Shown here one piece after another: positions 39,399 through 50,172 of a stretch of 64,000 nt of DNA. Source of the DNA: a virus; the IMG/VR virus record IMGVR_UViG_3300019776_000693, positions 32,001 to 96,000 of that record. One strand, 5' to 3'. The notes beneath the pieces are model-generated. The model was not told where the DNA came from. It ran no database searches and worked only from the letters and a program-made list of their open reading frames with translations. A program made the translations under genes and the position numbers. The first letter of the stretch is position 1, and every line of letters starts with the position of its first letter.

Positions 39399-41111
39399 TT
39401 AGTTATAACCTTTTCTTGCAGCAGGGTCTAATTCTAACATTACAAAACGAGAGGCATCTGATACGTGTATGTCTGCTATCTGAAAACACCAGAACTCCTG
39501 ACCTATTTGTTTTATTCCACCTGTCATAATATCAGAAGAACGCTTATAATCATAACGTCCATTTGTAGAACCAAAAAATAAATGCTCACCTTCAGGCTTA
39601 ACTAAATGGATATTAGCTCCCATTCTACCGCCTTCAATAAGTTTAGCTCCTTTTGGAAGTTCTTTATTATTTGAGTATTCTTGAGAATCTGCATCCCACA
39701 CAATTACTGCGTAAGCTGTAGAAGCCATTCCTTCAGGGTGAATACCATTAAACATTCTATCATCATCAGTGTAGTTTAATGAAGTGTCTTCTTCAATGTC
39801 TACCATTCCAATTCCTGAAATAAATACATTTGTGAAACGTACAGGTTTTACTTGTAAATTCATTAAATCATTTCCTGTAACAACTCCTTTAATTAAAGCA
39901 TCTGCTCCTAAAAATGGTGCTAAGTTAGCAATTTGTTGGTTTACTTCGTCTTTGAAAATTTCAAGAATGTTTTCGTAAGCGTAACGTCCTGCTTTTAATT
40001 TAATACGTCTTTCAACAACAGGTTTGTTAGGGTTAATTCTGAATACATACTCAATCATCTCTTTAATATGTGCTCTTGTAATTCCACCTGGACGAGCATA
40101 TTGCATTACTTTACCTCTACGTAACTGATTCCATAACCCTTCATTAAGTTTAGTAACACCATTAGAATCAGAAATTGTACCTGCATTACCCCACATTAAT
40201 CTGTTATGAGTAAGTTTTTCTAATTCACGCATTGTTAAGAACTCTAAAGTAGCTCCTAATTTCATGTTTTTGAAGTCAGGTCTTCTCTGTCCATCAGCTC
40301 CTCTTTTTAGTGGTGCTAATACAGCATATTGATTTTCTGCGCCCATTTCTTGAGACATCATATCCAAATACTGTTTTGATTGTGCATCGCCTCCACGGAA
40401 AGAACGTGAATCAGCTTTACCTGTCATATAAGCTTCAACTCCTGAAAATGCTCCAAGTCTAAACTCACATTTCATTGTACCAATTGTATCAGGCATATCA
40501 ATATGAGAGAAGTTTGTGCCTCTTTCACCTAAAATAGCGTGACCAATTTTCTTATATTTAACTCCTTTTACTAAGTATTTTTTAGCATAAAAAGTTGATT
40601 TATCATTATCTGTTAGAGTAACTGTGTGTTCAAAACCTTCTGCTACTGCTACTACTGGCTCTTCTCCACTTACAATAACTTCTTGACCATACATTTTATC
40701 AGCTTTTAAACGGTCTCCTGTTGTATAAGCTTTGTTTAATACTAATTTGAAAGAATTTCCTTCAATACCAGGATAAGCTTGGTCAGAAGTGTCTCTTGTA
40801 GTATAACAACCTTTATAATCATTAATAGGTAAGTCGTATGTGAAACCTCCATCCCATCCATTTACTTCTAAGACATCATTTTTCATAATAAGGTCTTGAA
40901 GGATATTTGAATTTCTGTAGTTTATAGGTGACTGTTGTCCCCATAAAGACATCATTCCTTTATGATTATTATTTGGGTCTTCTCTATACCATGATGCGAT
41001 AGATGGTACATCAAAACCATTTTGCATTGATGTTACTGTCTTTTTATCAGTGAACATAATGACATTTTCACCGTTCACATAGTGTGGGATATTTTTTTGT
41101 GTGATGCTCAT
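39399..41111 (-). CDS. major capsid protein (crAss-like, HK97 fold)
   Basis: 570 aa; position terL-portal-scaffold-MCP; RLMWG...GLWNQLRRG motif; strongly biased codon usage. Confidence 0.85.
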   Translation of the reverse strand: MSITQKNIPHYVNGENVIMFTDKKTVTSMQNGFDVPSIASWYREDPNNNHKGMMSLWGQQSPINYRNSNILQDLIMKNDVLEVNGWDGGFTYDLPINDYKGCYTTRDTSDQAYPGIEGNSFKLVLNKAYTTGDRLKADKMYGQEVIVSGEEPVVAVAEGFEHTVTLTDNDKSTFYAKKYLVKGVKYKKIGHAILGERGTNFSHIDMPDTIGTMKCEFRLGAFSGVEAYMTGKADSRSFRGGDAQSKQYLDMMSQEMGAENQYAVLAPLKRGADGQRRPDFKNMKLGATLEFLTMRELEKLTHNRLMWGNAGTISDSNGVTKLNEGLWNQLRRGKVMQYARPGGITRAHIKEMIEYVFRINPNKPVVERRIKLKAGRYAYENILEIFKDEVNQQIANLAPFLGADALIKGVVTGNDLMNLQVKPVRFTNVFISGIGMVDIEEDTSLNYTDDDRMFNGIHPEGMASTAYAVIVWDADSQEYSNNKELPKGAKLIEGGRMGANIHLVKPEGEHLFFGSTNGRYDYKRSSDIMTGGIKQIGQEFWCFQIADIHVSDASRFVMLELDPAARKGYN

Positions 41112-41135
41112 TTGTTTTTATTTATTGTTTAATTA

Positions 41136-42224
41136 TTATTCAAATACTAAATCAGGGAATTTATCCTCTTCTGTTTTATTTTTTGTTGGGTCGGATGCTT
41201 TTGAGGTATTTCTTACAATGCTTACTTTTCTCAATAAGTCTTTTTGTACTTCTTTTTTAGTGTTTGCACCAACTTTTTTCAAATAGTCTTCTTCATCTAA
41301 AAGAAAATGCAATAATCTTGAGGCTTTTTTAGGGTCTTTCATCCACTCATCATAAATAGAATCAATTTGTAATTGACCATCTTGATTATACTTTGTAGCT
41401 ACATCAGCAAATTTTCTTGCCATTCCTTCCTCAACATCATTTTTTAATTCTTGCACAAGTTCTTTCTTGTATTTTTTGATGTTTTCTTCTTCTTGTTTTT
41501 TTTCTTCGCGAACTTGCTCTTCAGCTTGTTTTATTTTTTTATGATATTCTTCTTTTTGCCAATTAACAATTTTTTCTGCTTTTTGGTCTAAAGTTCCATC
41601 TTCTTTAGCTACATTAAGTAAAGCTTTAATTTCTTTTTCAGAATTTCCCTGTCCACTATAATACCAAGATAATACTTGAATATTATGAGCTTCATTATCA
41701 GCATCATATCCTTGAAAAGGTTCTTCTAATTGTTGAGGATTTTCAAATAATTCTCTTGCTTTTTCTAAATCACCTGTTTTTACAATATTAATAAGTGATT
41801 TTTGAACTTCTGTGAGACCATCTATTTTTACATATTTAGAATTTACTTCTTCCTCTTTATGTTTTAAGTGGTCTTCTAGTAAATTTTGATAATCTTCTTC
41901 TGAAATATTTTCTATCTCCGAAATAGGTTTTTCTTCACCCTCATTTCCAAATAATACGTCTTCCCACTCACCTGTTCTTAATTTCTCTTTTACAAGTTGT
42001 AAATAAATTGAAGGTTGTTCTAATGATATATTATCCTCTTCTTTTTTCTTTTCTTCAATTACAGGAGTAGTTTTTACTTCATCCTCTGTTTCTTCTTGTT
42101 TTTTATCTTCTACCTTTTCTTCTAAAGTAAAATCTATTTTTGAAGCTTCTTCGTTTGATGGGAACGTTAACATGTTTTCTATCTCATCAAAAGATAGTTT
42201 TCCATCATTTTGGTTTTCTGTCAT
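41136..42224 (-). CDS. acidic scaffolding-like protein
   Basis: Very Glu/Lys-rich with coiled coil; between portal and MCP; TAAATTTG element at 42233-42240. Confidence 0.65.
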   Translation of the reverse strand: MTENQNDGKLSFDEIENMLTFPSNEEASKIDFTLEEKVEDKKQEETEDEVKTTPVIEEKKKEEDNISLEQPSIYLQLVKEKLRTGEWEDVLFGNEGEEKPISEIENISEEDYQNLLEDHLKHKEEEVNSKYVKIDGLTEVQKSLINIVKTGDLEKARELFENPQQLEEPFQGYDADNEAHNIQVLSWYYSGQGNSEKEIKALLNVAKEDGTLDQKAEKIVNWQKEEYHKKIKQAEEQVREEKKQEEENIKKYKKELVQELKNDVEEGMARKFADVATKYNQDGQLQIDSIYDEWMKDPKKASRLLHFLLDEEDYLKKVGANTKKEVQKDLLRKVSIVRNTSKASDPTKNKTEEDKFPDLVFE

Positions 42225-42307
42225 TTCTGTTGCAAATTTACGTTATTGTTTTTTAATAGAAAAAAATGTTAAAAGTGTTAAATTTCTATTTTATTGTTAA
42301 TTATTTT

Positions 42308-45103
42308 TTAATTTTTAAGATTTTTATCAATACTGTTTCTAAAAGAATTTTCTTTTGATGCTTGTATAGCTTCTCTCTTTAATTGTAAAGATTCCGCTTG
42401 TAATCTAAGACTTTCAGCTATATTATCTACTTTTGACTTTTCATTTTCAATTTTATTTTGTGCTAAATTTTCTTTAATGCTTACTTCTCTTTCTTTAAAG
42501 TCGTTTTGTAAGGCTTCTTTAGATGCTTGGTTGATTTGTTCAAAACCTCCTTCTGAACTTTTTTTATCCACTGCTCTCCCTAATGCATTTATTCTCTCTG
42601 TTTCTATCTTAGTTTCTCTATCTTTATCTCCTTCAGAAGCTTTGAAATCTCTTTCTAATTGTTTTTCTTGCGCAATTGCTTGTATTTGTTTGTCAGCTAA
42701 TTGTTGTTCATGGGTTCTTTGTGCTTCAATTTCTTTTTGTTTTTCTAAGCGAGCTTTTCTACCAATAGAAATTAGTTCCACCATTGTATCAGAAGCCATA
42801 GCAGAAGATATATCTAATAAATCACTACCTAGGGTATTTGTGTTCATTAAATAACTTCTCACTTGTTCTAAAATTCTTCTTTCATTCGGTGAATTGGAAG
42901 GTAATAATGCTAATCTTCTTAAAGGAAAATCGGGGTCTGTTAAATTGATATATGTTTTATCATTATCAGAACCTGTGAAAATAAAGTCTTTATCTATGTA
43001 TTCTTTTTGACAATATTGGGCTACCGCTAAATGCAACTCCATAGCTTTTAGTCTTGCTGTGGACATTTCTGTAAATAGTCCTGCTGTTTGGTCATAAGTT
43101 GCGTCTACGCCTTGTTGAATTCCTGTTGCGGTCTCATAAGTAGTGGCTTGCCCTAATCTTTGAGGTGTGAATCCTACCTGTTCTAAAGCTTTATTTAAGT
43201 AATAATTTGCTAATGAAATTCTACTATTAATCTGTTTATCAAAAGATACATCTTGAACCATAAAAGTGTTCATATTCTGAGCACCTTGGATATTTTGTTT
43301 TTGGCTATCAATAGGAACGAATCCTGTTTCTTTTGCTAAAGTTTGAAGTTGTTCTAAAGAGTCTGCAATAGTTCCATTATCTTTATATTCCGACGGTAAA
43401 AAATTAATATCAAATAAAAAGAACATTCCTATTTCTTTGGAAAGTAAATTAAATATCTGATTTAAGCAAATATTATATCCTACCTGAAATGGTCTTACTC
43501 TTTTAGCCATAGCATTACCTATGATTCCTGCTACGGGCAATTTTACATCAAATAAATTACTGTCCCCTTTTATTTGGTATGGAAGTGGTTGTACATTTAA
43601 ATATAAATCTTCACCTAAAATAGAATTTCCCGCATTAATTTTTATTCCTTGCCAAACTTCTGGAATCCAAAATTCATACATTGTATCATCATCTAAAACA
43701 TCTCTTTGTAAGTCTTGTAGTGATTTTGTAGATATTTTTTTAATTCCATGTTCTTCTATAAATTCAGGAAGTAAATCATCAGTAACAATTTCAGATGTTC
43801 CTCTTCCATTTTTATCTGTGTAGTTTAAAAACCACATTCTTTTCCAACTTCTCCAATACGCTTCTGTTACTTGTAAAACGTCTGTTCTTACATTGATATC
43901 GTCTCTTGTATTTTGTGAAAAAGAATAACCTAAATAATTTTGATTTTGAAAAGGAGATAACCAAGAAGGTATTTTTTCTTCTCCGATTATTGTTTCTCCC
44001 ATAGGAATGTCTAAAGCATCCTGAATTTGAAGTCCTAAATCATAATCATAATATTGTCTAAATGGTACTGTTTGTTGTTGTCCAAAGAATCCATTATCTA
44101 ATATTGTTTTCCAATTCTTTACAGGCGCATTTACATTTTCATCTGAACCACCAACCCTCTTATTTAAAGTTTTTATGTGTGCAGGAGTAAGTAAATGTCC
44201 ATACCTTTTCATGATTTGAGAAGGAGCAATATAAGTGATACGTCCCACATATTCTCCGTCTTGTGGATATTCTGCATCTACGTCTTTTGAAAAGAATGTT
44301 TCTGCGGGATGCCATCTCTCAGGTTTATAATAGTCATACCCTACATAATAGTGTCTAAAAAATCTACCTGTTAAAAGGTAATCTTCCATTTCTTGACCAT
44401 CAAGTTTATCTAAGAAGAATCTTCTTTGGTCATTATCCATTGTATGTTCTGCCCATTCAGAAGCTTTTGTTTTAAAGTTCTTGGACATTTCTCTATCTAT
44501 AACATCAGGAGGAATAATTTTAGCTTTTTCCTGCTCTAACATTTGGATATATTGTTGTTGCTCTTCTTCTGATTGGAATTCTTTTCCTGTAGTATTTATT
44601 CCCGCTTTTAAAAGACCAATTTCAAATTCATTTTTAAAAGTTTGTAAAGTGAATTCATTTGCTCTTTGAGTACGCTCTCTTAAAAAGTCATTTTCTGAAA
44701 TTTCATCTGCTGTAGAATTAACTTTAAAATTATCTTTTTGTTTAAGCCATTCTCCAACAAGTTTGCGAGTCATTATACCAATAATGTCATAATGTTTTAC
44801 AAATGAAGGAACTCCTACACCATCTCCTAAAGTCTTAATTTTATCTAGGATTGAGTTGTCTTCCAAACCATAATCTGAAAAAACTAAACTTCCGTCTAAC
44901 ATTTTATAAAATTCTCTAAGCTTGCAATTTTCTCCCATTTGAGAAACACCTATGGATTCCAAAGAGTCCATACAAGCTTTCTGAAATTTAAATTTCTTTT
45001 TATTATTTTCAGATATAGTTTGTTGAGGAAGTGCTGTTGTATTTATTGTTGTAGAGCCTACACCATTAAAAAAATAGTGCATGTCTGTTCCTATTGTACT
45101 CAT
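42308..45103 (-). CDS. portal protein
   Basis: 931 aa; VKHYDIIG, EDYLLTGRFFRHY, EFWIPEVWQG and GFTPQRLGQ motifs of crAss-like portals; TATTTTTG element at 45123-45130. Confidence 0.85.
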   Translation of the reverse strand: MSTIGTDMHYFFNGVGSTTINTTALPQQTISENNKKKFKFQKACMDSLESIGVSQMGENCKLREFYKMLDGSLVFSDYGLEDNSILDKIKTLGDGVGVPSFVKHYDIIGIMTRKLVGEWLKQKDNFKVNSTADEISENDFLRERTQRANEFTLQTFKNEFEIGLLKAGINTTGKEFQSEEEQQQYIQMLEQEKAKIIPPDVIDREMSKNFKTKASEWAEHTMDNDQRRFFLDKLDGQEMEDYLLTGRFFRHYYVGYDYYKPERWHPAETFFSKDVDAEYPQDGEYVGRITYIAPSQIMKRYGHLLTPAHIKTLNKRVGGSDENVNAPVKNWKTILDNGFFGQQQTVPFRQYYDYDLGLQIQDALDIPMGETIIGEEKIPSWLSPFQNQNYLGYSFSQNTRDDINVRTDVLQVTEAYWRSWKRMWFLNYTDKNGRGTSEIVTDDLLPEFIEEHGIKKISTKSLQDLQRDVLDDDTMYEFWIPEVWQGIKINAGNSILGEDLYLNVQPLPYQIKGDSNLFDVKLPVAGIIGNAMAKRVRPFQVGYNICLNQIFNLLSKEIGMFFLFDINFLPSEYKDNGTIADSLEQLQTLAKETGFVPIDSQKQNIQGAQNMNTFMVQDVSFDKQINSRISLANYYLNKALEQVGFTPQRLGQATTYETATGIQQGVDATYDQTAGLFTEMSTARLKAMELHLAVAQYCQKEYIDKDFIFTGSDNDKTYINLTDPDFPLRRLALLPSNSPNERRILEQVRSYLMNTNTLGSDLLDISSAMASDTMVELISIGRKARLEKQKEIEAQRTHEQQLADKQIQAIAQEKQLERDFKASEGDKDRETKIETERINALGRAVDKKSSEGGFEQINQASKEALQNDFKEREVSIKENLAQNKIENEKSKVDNIAESLRLQAESLQLKREAIQASKENSFRNSIDKNLKN

Positions 45104-45158
45104 TTAATAAATAAATTAACTGCAAAAATACTAAATATACAGTAATTCTTAAAATTAG

Positions 45159-48100
45159 TTAAAAGAAGCCTCTGTTTTTAGTACCAAACATTTTTTCTCC
45201 TAAAGTTTTTTGTCTTTGTTGTGGTTTTTGTTCTTCTCTTTGTGTTTTTCTTTGTTCTAGTTTAGGTAACATCCAGTTTGTATAGTAATGAAATTCTAAT
45301 CCGAGACAAGACATAAATGAAGTAATGCGGTCAACGTTATTACCTTCTCTATAATCAATCATTTCTTGTATAAGACCTATATCATTTAATTTTTGAACTC
45401 CTGTAATTGTTATTTCTTTTCCATCTTCAGTTTTTTCGGTAAATTCTTCTTTTGTATACTGTATTGCTAAATTTTTTAAATATCTAATATTTGCAGGAGT
45501 TGGTGTCCACCCATATTTTCTTCTGTTAGTTGAAGCTTGCGAAGAATCGGCTTTGAAATCTAAAGATGTTTGTAACCATAAATCAGCCACATGTTTCTTT
45601 TCTAAATATTGTTTGTACCCGTCATCTGCATTCTCCATAAAGCATACAGCATTAAAAGCTTGTTGTAATAAGTACATTTGTCTATAAAATTTTAAATGTG
45701 GGTCAGGTCTTGTAGCTAAAGAAGCAACTATTCTACCTTTCCACTTATCTTCGCCTATATTAACTTTATAAACATGAAATGAGCCAACTGAATCTGTGTC
45801 TGATTCTTCTTGTTTATAATCATCTAAAGAACATACATATAAGTATTTAGGAGGTGTGTTTTCTGGTAATTCTTCATATAAAACAATAGGAGCATCTACA
45901 AAACCTCCTTTATGAGGATATTCTGCTAAAGGTTGTGAACTTAACTCATAAGTAATTTTACCATCTGTTTTTTGTATTAAAGTTACTTTCTTACCTACAT
46001 CTCCTGTTTCAATTAATTCTTGTTTTCTTTTTCTAAGTTCTTCCACAGGAAAGGGATTTAAAGCACCTGACATAAAAATTTCAGAAGGTTTTATAGGACA
46101 ATATACCACTTCTTTCTGATACTTAAGTCTATCTTTTTCTGCTTTTTTTCTTTTTTCTTTTATTATTTCTAAAGACTTTTCCCAATCAGTTATATTTATA
46201 TCTACTTTTTTTAAAGTTTCTGATTTTACACCTAAATAATCTGCTAAATTACTTTTTATTTTTGGCATATCTACTCGACATTGACCAGGAATAAAAGTTC
46301 CAAATGGTCTTAGTTTATCTTCTTTCCATGTAATGAACTCTTCTTTTATACCCCTTTCAAGTATATCCCATTGCATTGGTAATACATCATAAGTTATTGG
46401 GTCTGAGAGTGCTTTATATCCATCTTCTGATAACTTTTCAGTTCCTCCTGTATTATGTGTTATAAAATTATTAGCAATATAAGTGTGAGTAGTGTCCGCT
46501 GTTAAATTATAAACATCTTTTTCTCCAATATATTCTATATTAATAACACTCACTCTTCTAAATTTACCTATATTCTTTTTATCTTTAAAAAACAATCCTT
46601 TACCGTTAGTTTGTTTTATCTCTATTAAAGAAGTAGGTTTATTTTTAATAATTAAATTATTTAATAATTCATTGTTAAATATTTTATTTTCTGAGTATAA
46701 TTTTATAGTTTTACAAAAAAGAGTAGAGTCATATGAAGAATTTATAGAGAGCTCATATATAGGTTTTCTATTATATTCTTTATCGTGTATAATAGTTTTT
46801 TTTTCATTAGATAGTGATATGGAAGAGTGTATTCCCAATTTTAGTAATGCTGTTTGTAATTCGTAAACAACTTCTCTGCTAATACTTCTATATCTGTATC
46901 TTAAACTGTTTTTTTTAATGTCATAACTCATACTACCATCAGAATCAAATAACCCACCTATGAGTTCTTTTAAACTCTCTTCATTATATTCTGACCAATT
47001 TATAGGTAGTGTTTTATTTTGCTTTGTTTTCTCTGAAATACCAGCTTTTTTAGTTATAACACCGCTATTATTTATATAAATTCTCCTGTAAGTGGTATTA
47101 TTTTTTGTCTGAAAAGTTCTCATTACTTTGTTTTTATAGTTTTCACAAAGCCATTTATAAACACCTTCTCCATTAAGGTATAATTCAGAACCTGATTTTG
47201 CATTATATCCATCACCAACAAGTAATCCTAAAAGTCTTGCGTCTTTTTCTTTAATCTCTCCAAATACATCTACTTTTTCAGGTAAAAACATATAACTACC
47301 TATTTTTAAATCTTTAGATTTTTCAAAAAAAGCTCTCTTAGGATTTGTTATTAATGATGTTAATATTGGATGGTCATCACTACATTCTAAAGACATTCCA
47401 TAGGTTGTTGTTATTTTATAACAAGGTTTTTTAGCAGGAGGTTTCATCCATGTAATATCTGATTTATATACTCCATTTAAACCTTGTCCTATAATTCCCT
47501 CTTCTTGTTTTAAATTTTCTATATTTACTAACTTACCACTTTTTGTAAAAACTTTTGTTCCTGCACAAACACATCCACTTAACATTCCAAAAGCTCTAAT
47601 CATACCATCCGTACCTTGCATAGCAGGTATTAACCCTTCTAACGCTTCTAAAAATTTACTTTTCATCTGTTCATCTCCTACTACAATATCTGGGGTAAAT
47701 CCCGCAAATATCTCTTTATTATTCCCATCATCTGTATTTATGATATGTAAAGTGGATAATGGTATTGTTTTTTGATTTTTTGTTTTAATACCTATTTCTA
47801 CTTTCTTAGTCCAATCATTAGCTACATTATATATGGCAAAAGCAGGATTTTTATATAAAGTATCTGTTTTAAAATTTTTTGCTAATTGTCCTAAATCTTT
47901 TGCATTTGCTCCTGCACATAGTAATTCTTTTTTCCCAATCGTAGCAGCATGTCCTAACATAGAAGCTTCTGCTGTTGTTTTAGCGGCTCTACGTGTTGCA
48001 GCAACAAACATAAATAAAGTTTTTGTCTTTTCTTGTAAGGCTCTATTTTCAAATAACATCCAATCAGAGTCTCTTAATGGAGGATTTATAATTTTATCAA

Positions 48101-48929
48101 CAGAATCATAATCTTTTTTAAGAGGATTCCATATTTTATGTGGAATAGGTGTTACAAATACATTGATATGGTAATACGCCCATCCTGAAATATAAACACC
48201 ATCTATGTTAATTCCATTCCTTATTTTTTTAAATTCATTAACATAAAATTGCAATACGTCTCTATCTTGCTCCCAAAAATGCTTTTCTACATTCCATTTA
48301 GGAACATCCTTCATATTGATTAACATTTCATTTTTAGGCGGAGATGTAAAATCAATTTTCATTAAGTCTAATGCTTTTTGTATTTGAGGATATATACTAA
48401 CTAATACTTCTAGCATAGATAATGGGGCTTTCGCATTATCATAGAATTCTATTCCATCTGTTGCTTTTGCATCATCTGTTTTTAGATTCAACGAATCAAA
48501 ACTTTCCCATATAAGAGATGTAGCTTGATGTAAATGTCTATGAAAATCTATTTCATTTGAACGTAAATCGGAGAGTTCTGTATTTTTTGCTTTTTCAAGA
48601 ATATCAGATTTTAAAGTGTATTCTTCAGCTCTTTGTTTGTGCAGTTCTAACAGTTTTTTTATTTCATCAACATAATCTTTGAATATTTTTAAATGGTGAC
48701 TTCCTTCGCTTTTTTTCCCCACTGATTTTAATCTACTAATAATAGTAGTTAAAATATTATTGTGTAAATTAAATTCTTCTTTTCTTACATCAGTATCTTG
48801 CTTGGGTTTACCTACTCCATTCCATTTTAATTCAATCCAATCATTACTTCTAATATATTTTTTATACTTATTAAGATGTTTTTTTTCATCTTTAACTAAT
48901 AAATCTATTCTATTTTCCATAAAAGACAA
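45159..48929 (-). CDS. terL: terminase large subunit, intein-containing, with N-terminal extension
   Basis: ATRRAAKT Walker A; VVGDEQMK Walker B; LSG|TGG motif split by the intein; C-terminal nuclease SLDDYKQEE...NVDRITSF. Confidence 0.9.
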   Translation of the reverse strand: MSFMENRIDLLVKDEKKHLNKYKKYIRSNDWIELKWNGVGKPKQDTDVRKEEFNLHNNILTTIISRLKSVGKKSEGSHHLKIFKDYVDEIKKLLELHKQRAEEYTLKSDILEKAKNTELSDLRSNEIDFHRHLHQATSLIWESFDSLNLKTDDAKATDGIEFYDNAKAPLSMLEVLVSIYPQIQKALDLMKIDFTSPPKNEMLINMKDVPKWNVEKHFWEQDRDVLQFYVNEFKKIRNGINIDGVYISGWAYYHINVFVTPIPHKIWNPLKKDYDSVDKIINPPLRDSDWMLFENRALQEKTKTLFMFVAATRRAAKTTAEASMLGHAATIGKKELLCAGANAKDLGQLAKNFKTDTLYKNPAFAIYNVANDWTKKVEIGIKTKNQKTIPLSTLHIINTDDGNNKEIFAGFTPDIVVGDEQMKSKFLEALEGLIPAMQGTDGMIRAFGMLSGCVCAGTKVFTKSGKLVNIENLKQEEGIIGQGLNGVYKSDITWMKPPAKKPCYKITTTYGMSLECSDDHPILTSLITNPKRAFFEKSKDLKIGSYMFLPEKVDVFGEIKEKDARLLGLLVGDGYNAKSGSELYLNGEGVYKWLCENYKNKVMRTFQTKNNTTYRRIYINNSGVITKKAGISEKTKQNKTLPINWSEYNEESLKELIGGLFDSDGSMSYDIKKNSLRYRYRSISREVVYELQTALLKLGIHSSISLSNEKKTIIHDKEYNRKPIYELSINSSYDSTLFCKTIKLYSENKIFNNELLNNLIIKNKPTSLIEIKQTNGKGLFFKDKKNIGKFRRVSVINIEYIGEKDVYNLTADTTHTYIANNFITHNTGGTEKLSEDGYKALSDPITYDVLPMQWDILERGIKEEFITWKEDKLRPFGTFIPGQCRVDMPKIKSNLADYLGVKSETLKKVDINITDWEKSLEIIKEKRKKAEKDRLKYQKEVVYCPIKPSEIFMSGALNPFPVEELRKRKQELIETGDVGKKVTLIQKTDGKITYELSSQPLAEYPHKGGFVDAPIVLYEELPENTPPKYLYVCSLDDYKQEESDTDSVGSFHVYKVNIGEDKWKGRIVASLATRPDPHLKFYRQMYLLQQAFNAVCFMENADDGYKQYLEKKHVADLWLQTSLDFKADSSQASTNRRKYGWTPTPANIRYLKNLAIQYTKEEFTEKTEDGKEITITGVQKLNDIGLIQEMIDYREGNNVDRITSFMSCLGLEFHYYTNWMLPKLEQRKTQREEQKPQQRQKTLGEKMFGTKNRGFF
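46452..47573 (-). mobile_element. 374-aa intein with LAGLIDADG homing endonuclease
   Basis: Begins CVCAGTKV; block B LECSDDHPIL; LLGLLVGDGY and LIGGLFDSDGS; ends VYNLTADTTHTYIANNFITHN followed by Thr. Confidence 0.93.
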
Positions 48930-48937
48930 AAAGCCCC

Positions 48938-49372
48938 TTAACTAGAGGCTTGATTTTTAAGTATTTGCATTAATGGTAGGCTATCTAAAGCTTTTCTTTG
49001 GTTTTCTAAAGCTTCTAAATCTGTTACTATTACTTTATCTGTTTCTATTTTGAATATTTCTTTTGTTTTTATCGGCAAATAATCGTTGTAGAATTTTTTT
49101 ATTTCTTCGGGCAAATCTGACTCTGTTTCTGAATATACGCTAATTAAAAACATTAAGTGTTCAAAATTCATTCTTACTTGAGAATTTTTGATAATATTGT
49201 CTTTGTAGAAATTTTTTAGATTGTCTGCATTTTCTTCAATATTATCTCCGTTCATTAATTTTTGAAATAAATCTTCTTTTGATTGGAGTTCTTTATTTTC
49301 CTGTCGTTGTAGTTCGTCAAAAGTTTTATATTCGTTATATAATGAAAGTATTTTTTCTTTAATTTTAAACAT
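48938..49372 (-). CDS. hypothetical protein (144 aa)
   Basis: ORF track; operon context. Confidence 0.6.
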   Translation of the reverse strand: MFKIKEKILSLYNEYKTFDELQRQENKELQSKEDLFQKLMNGDNIEENADNLKNFYKDNIIKNSQVRMNFEHLMFLISVYSETESDLPEEIKKFYNDYLPIKTKEIFKIETDKVIVTDLEALENQRKALDSLPLMQILKNQASS

Positions 49373-49562
49373 ATTCTTTTTCTGTTTCTTTAGCTTTGTT
49401 TACGGCGGTATACAATTCTTCATCTTCTTTTTCTAAGAATTCTGATTTGTTTGTAATTTTTAATTCGCGCGAAATTGTATAAAAAATTTCTCCCAAACTC
49501 ATCTGTGGGTGTTGATTAATAAAATCTTGTAATTCCCTTACTGTGTTGTTTTTATAATTCAT
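49365..49562 (-). CDS. hypothetical protein (65 aa)
   Basis: ORF track; overlapping coupling with neighbours. Confidence 0.6.
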   Translation of the reverse strand: MNYKNNTVRELQDFINQHPQMSLGEIFYTISRELKITNKSEFLEKEDEELYTAVNKAKETEKEYV

Positions 49563-49564
49563 TT

Positions 49565-49858
49565 TTAGTATTTAATATCATATTTATCAATCAAATCTTT
49601 AATTTTACTTAGGTATGAAAAAGGATTTATAGTATGTTTAACTTCTCCGTCTATCTTAACAATTGAACAAGGTACTTGTATTTCAATGTTATCTCTTACA
49701 CAAATAATTCCTGCATCCCCATTAGAAGAACTTACAAACCCTATTTGATGCAATAATTCTATCAAACTTTGCCCTTCATGTTTTTTTAAAAATTCTCCAA
49801 ATTTTTTAAGTTCTTCTAAAGATTTTATGAACTCTTCTAATAATTGTGCTTTCATCAT
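49565..49858 (-). CDS. hypothetical protein (97 aa)
   Basis: ORF track; operon context. Confidence 0.55.
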   Translation of the reverse strand: MMKAQLLEEFIKSLEELKKFGEFLKKHEGQSLIELLHQIGFVSSSNGDAGIICVRDNIEIQVPCSIVKIDGEVKHTINPFSYLSKIKDLIDKYDIKY

Positions 49859-50172
49859 ACTACTTGTCCTTTTAAATCTATTTTTACTTCTCCTTTTGTA
49901 GTTTTAATCTTAACCCATTGATTAATTGTTCCTACTTTATTAGTATTATAACTAATATTTACTTCAAAATCTTCTCCTAATAGTTCTATTGTAGGTTCTG
50001 TACATGAGCAAGACCTATTGTTAGTTAAGAAAGCTGTATCTTTAAATAATACTTTTACTTTTGAGTCTGAACCTTTCTTAATTGTTCCGTAACTGATTTC
50101 GTAATGTTGGTTCTCTTTTTTCTGTTTGAAGAAGGGTTTATTGCTTGTTATTACCATTTTTTTTGCGGGCAT
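49855..50172 (-). CDS. DUF1573-like Ig-fold protein
   Basis: YGTIKKG...SCSCTEP...INISYNTNKVG pattern typical of Bacteroidota DUF1573. Confidence 0.65.
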   Translation of the reverse strand: MPAKKMVITSNKPFFKQKKENQHYEISYGTIKKGSDSKVKVLFKDTAFLTNNRSCSCTEPTIELLGEDFEVNISYNTNKVGTINQWVKIKTTKGEVKIDLKGQVV

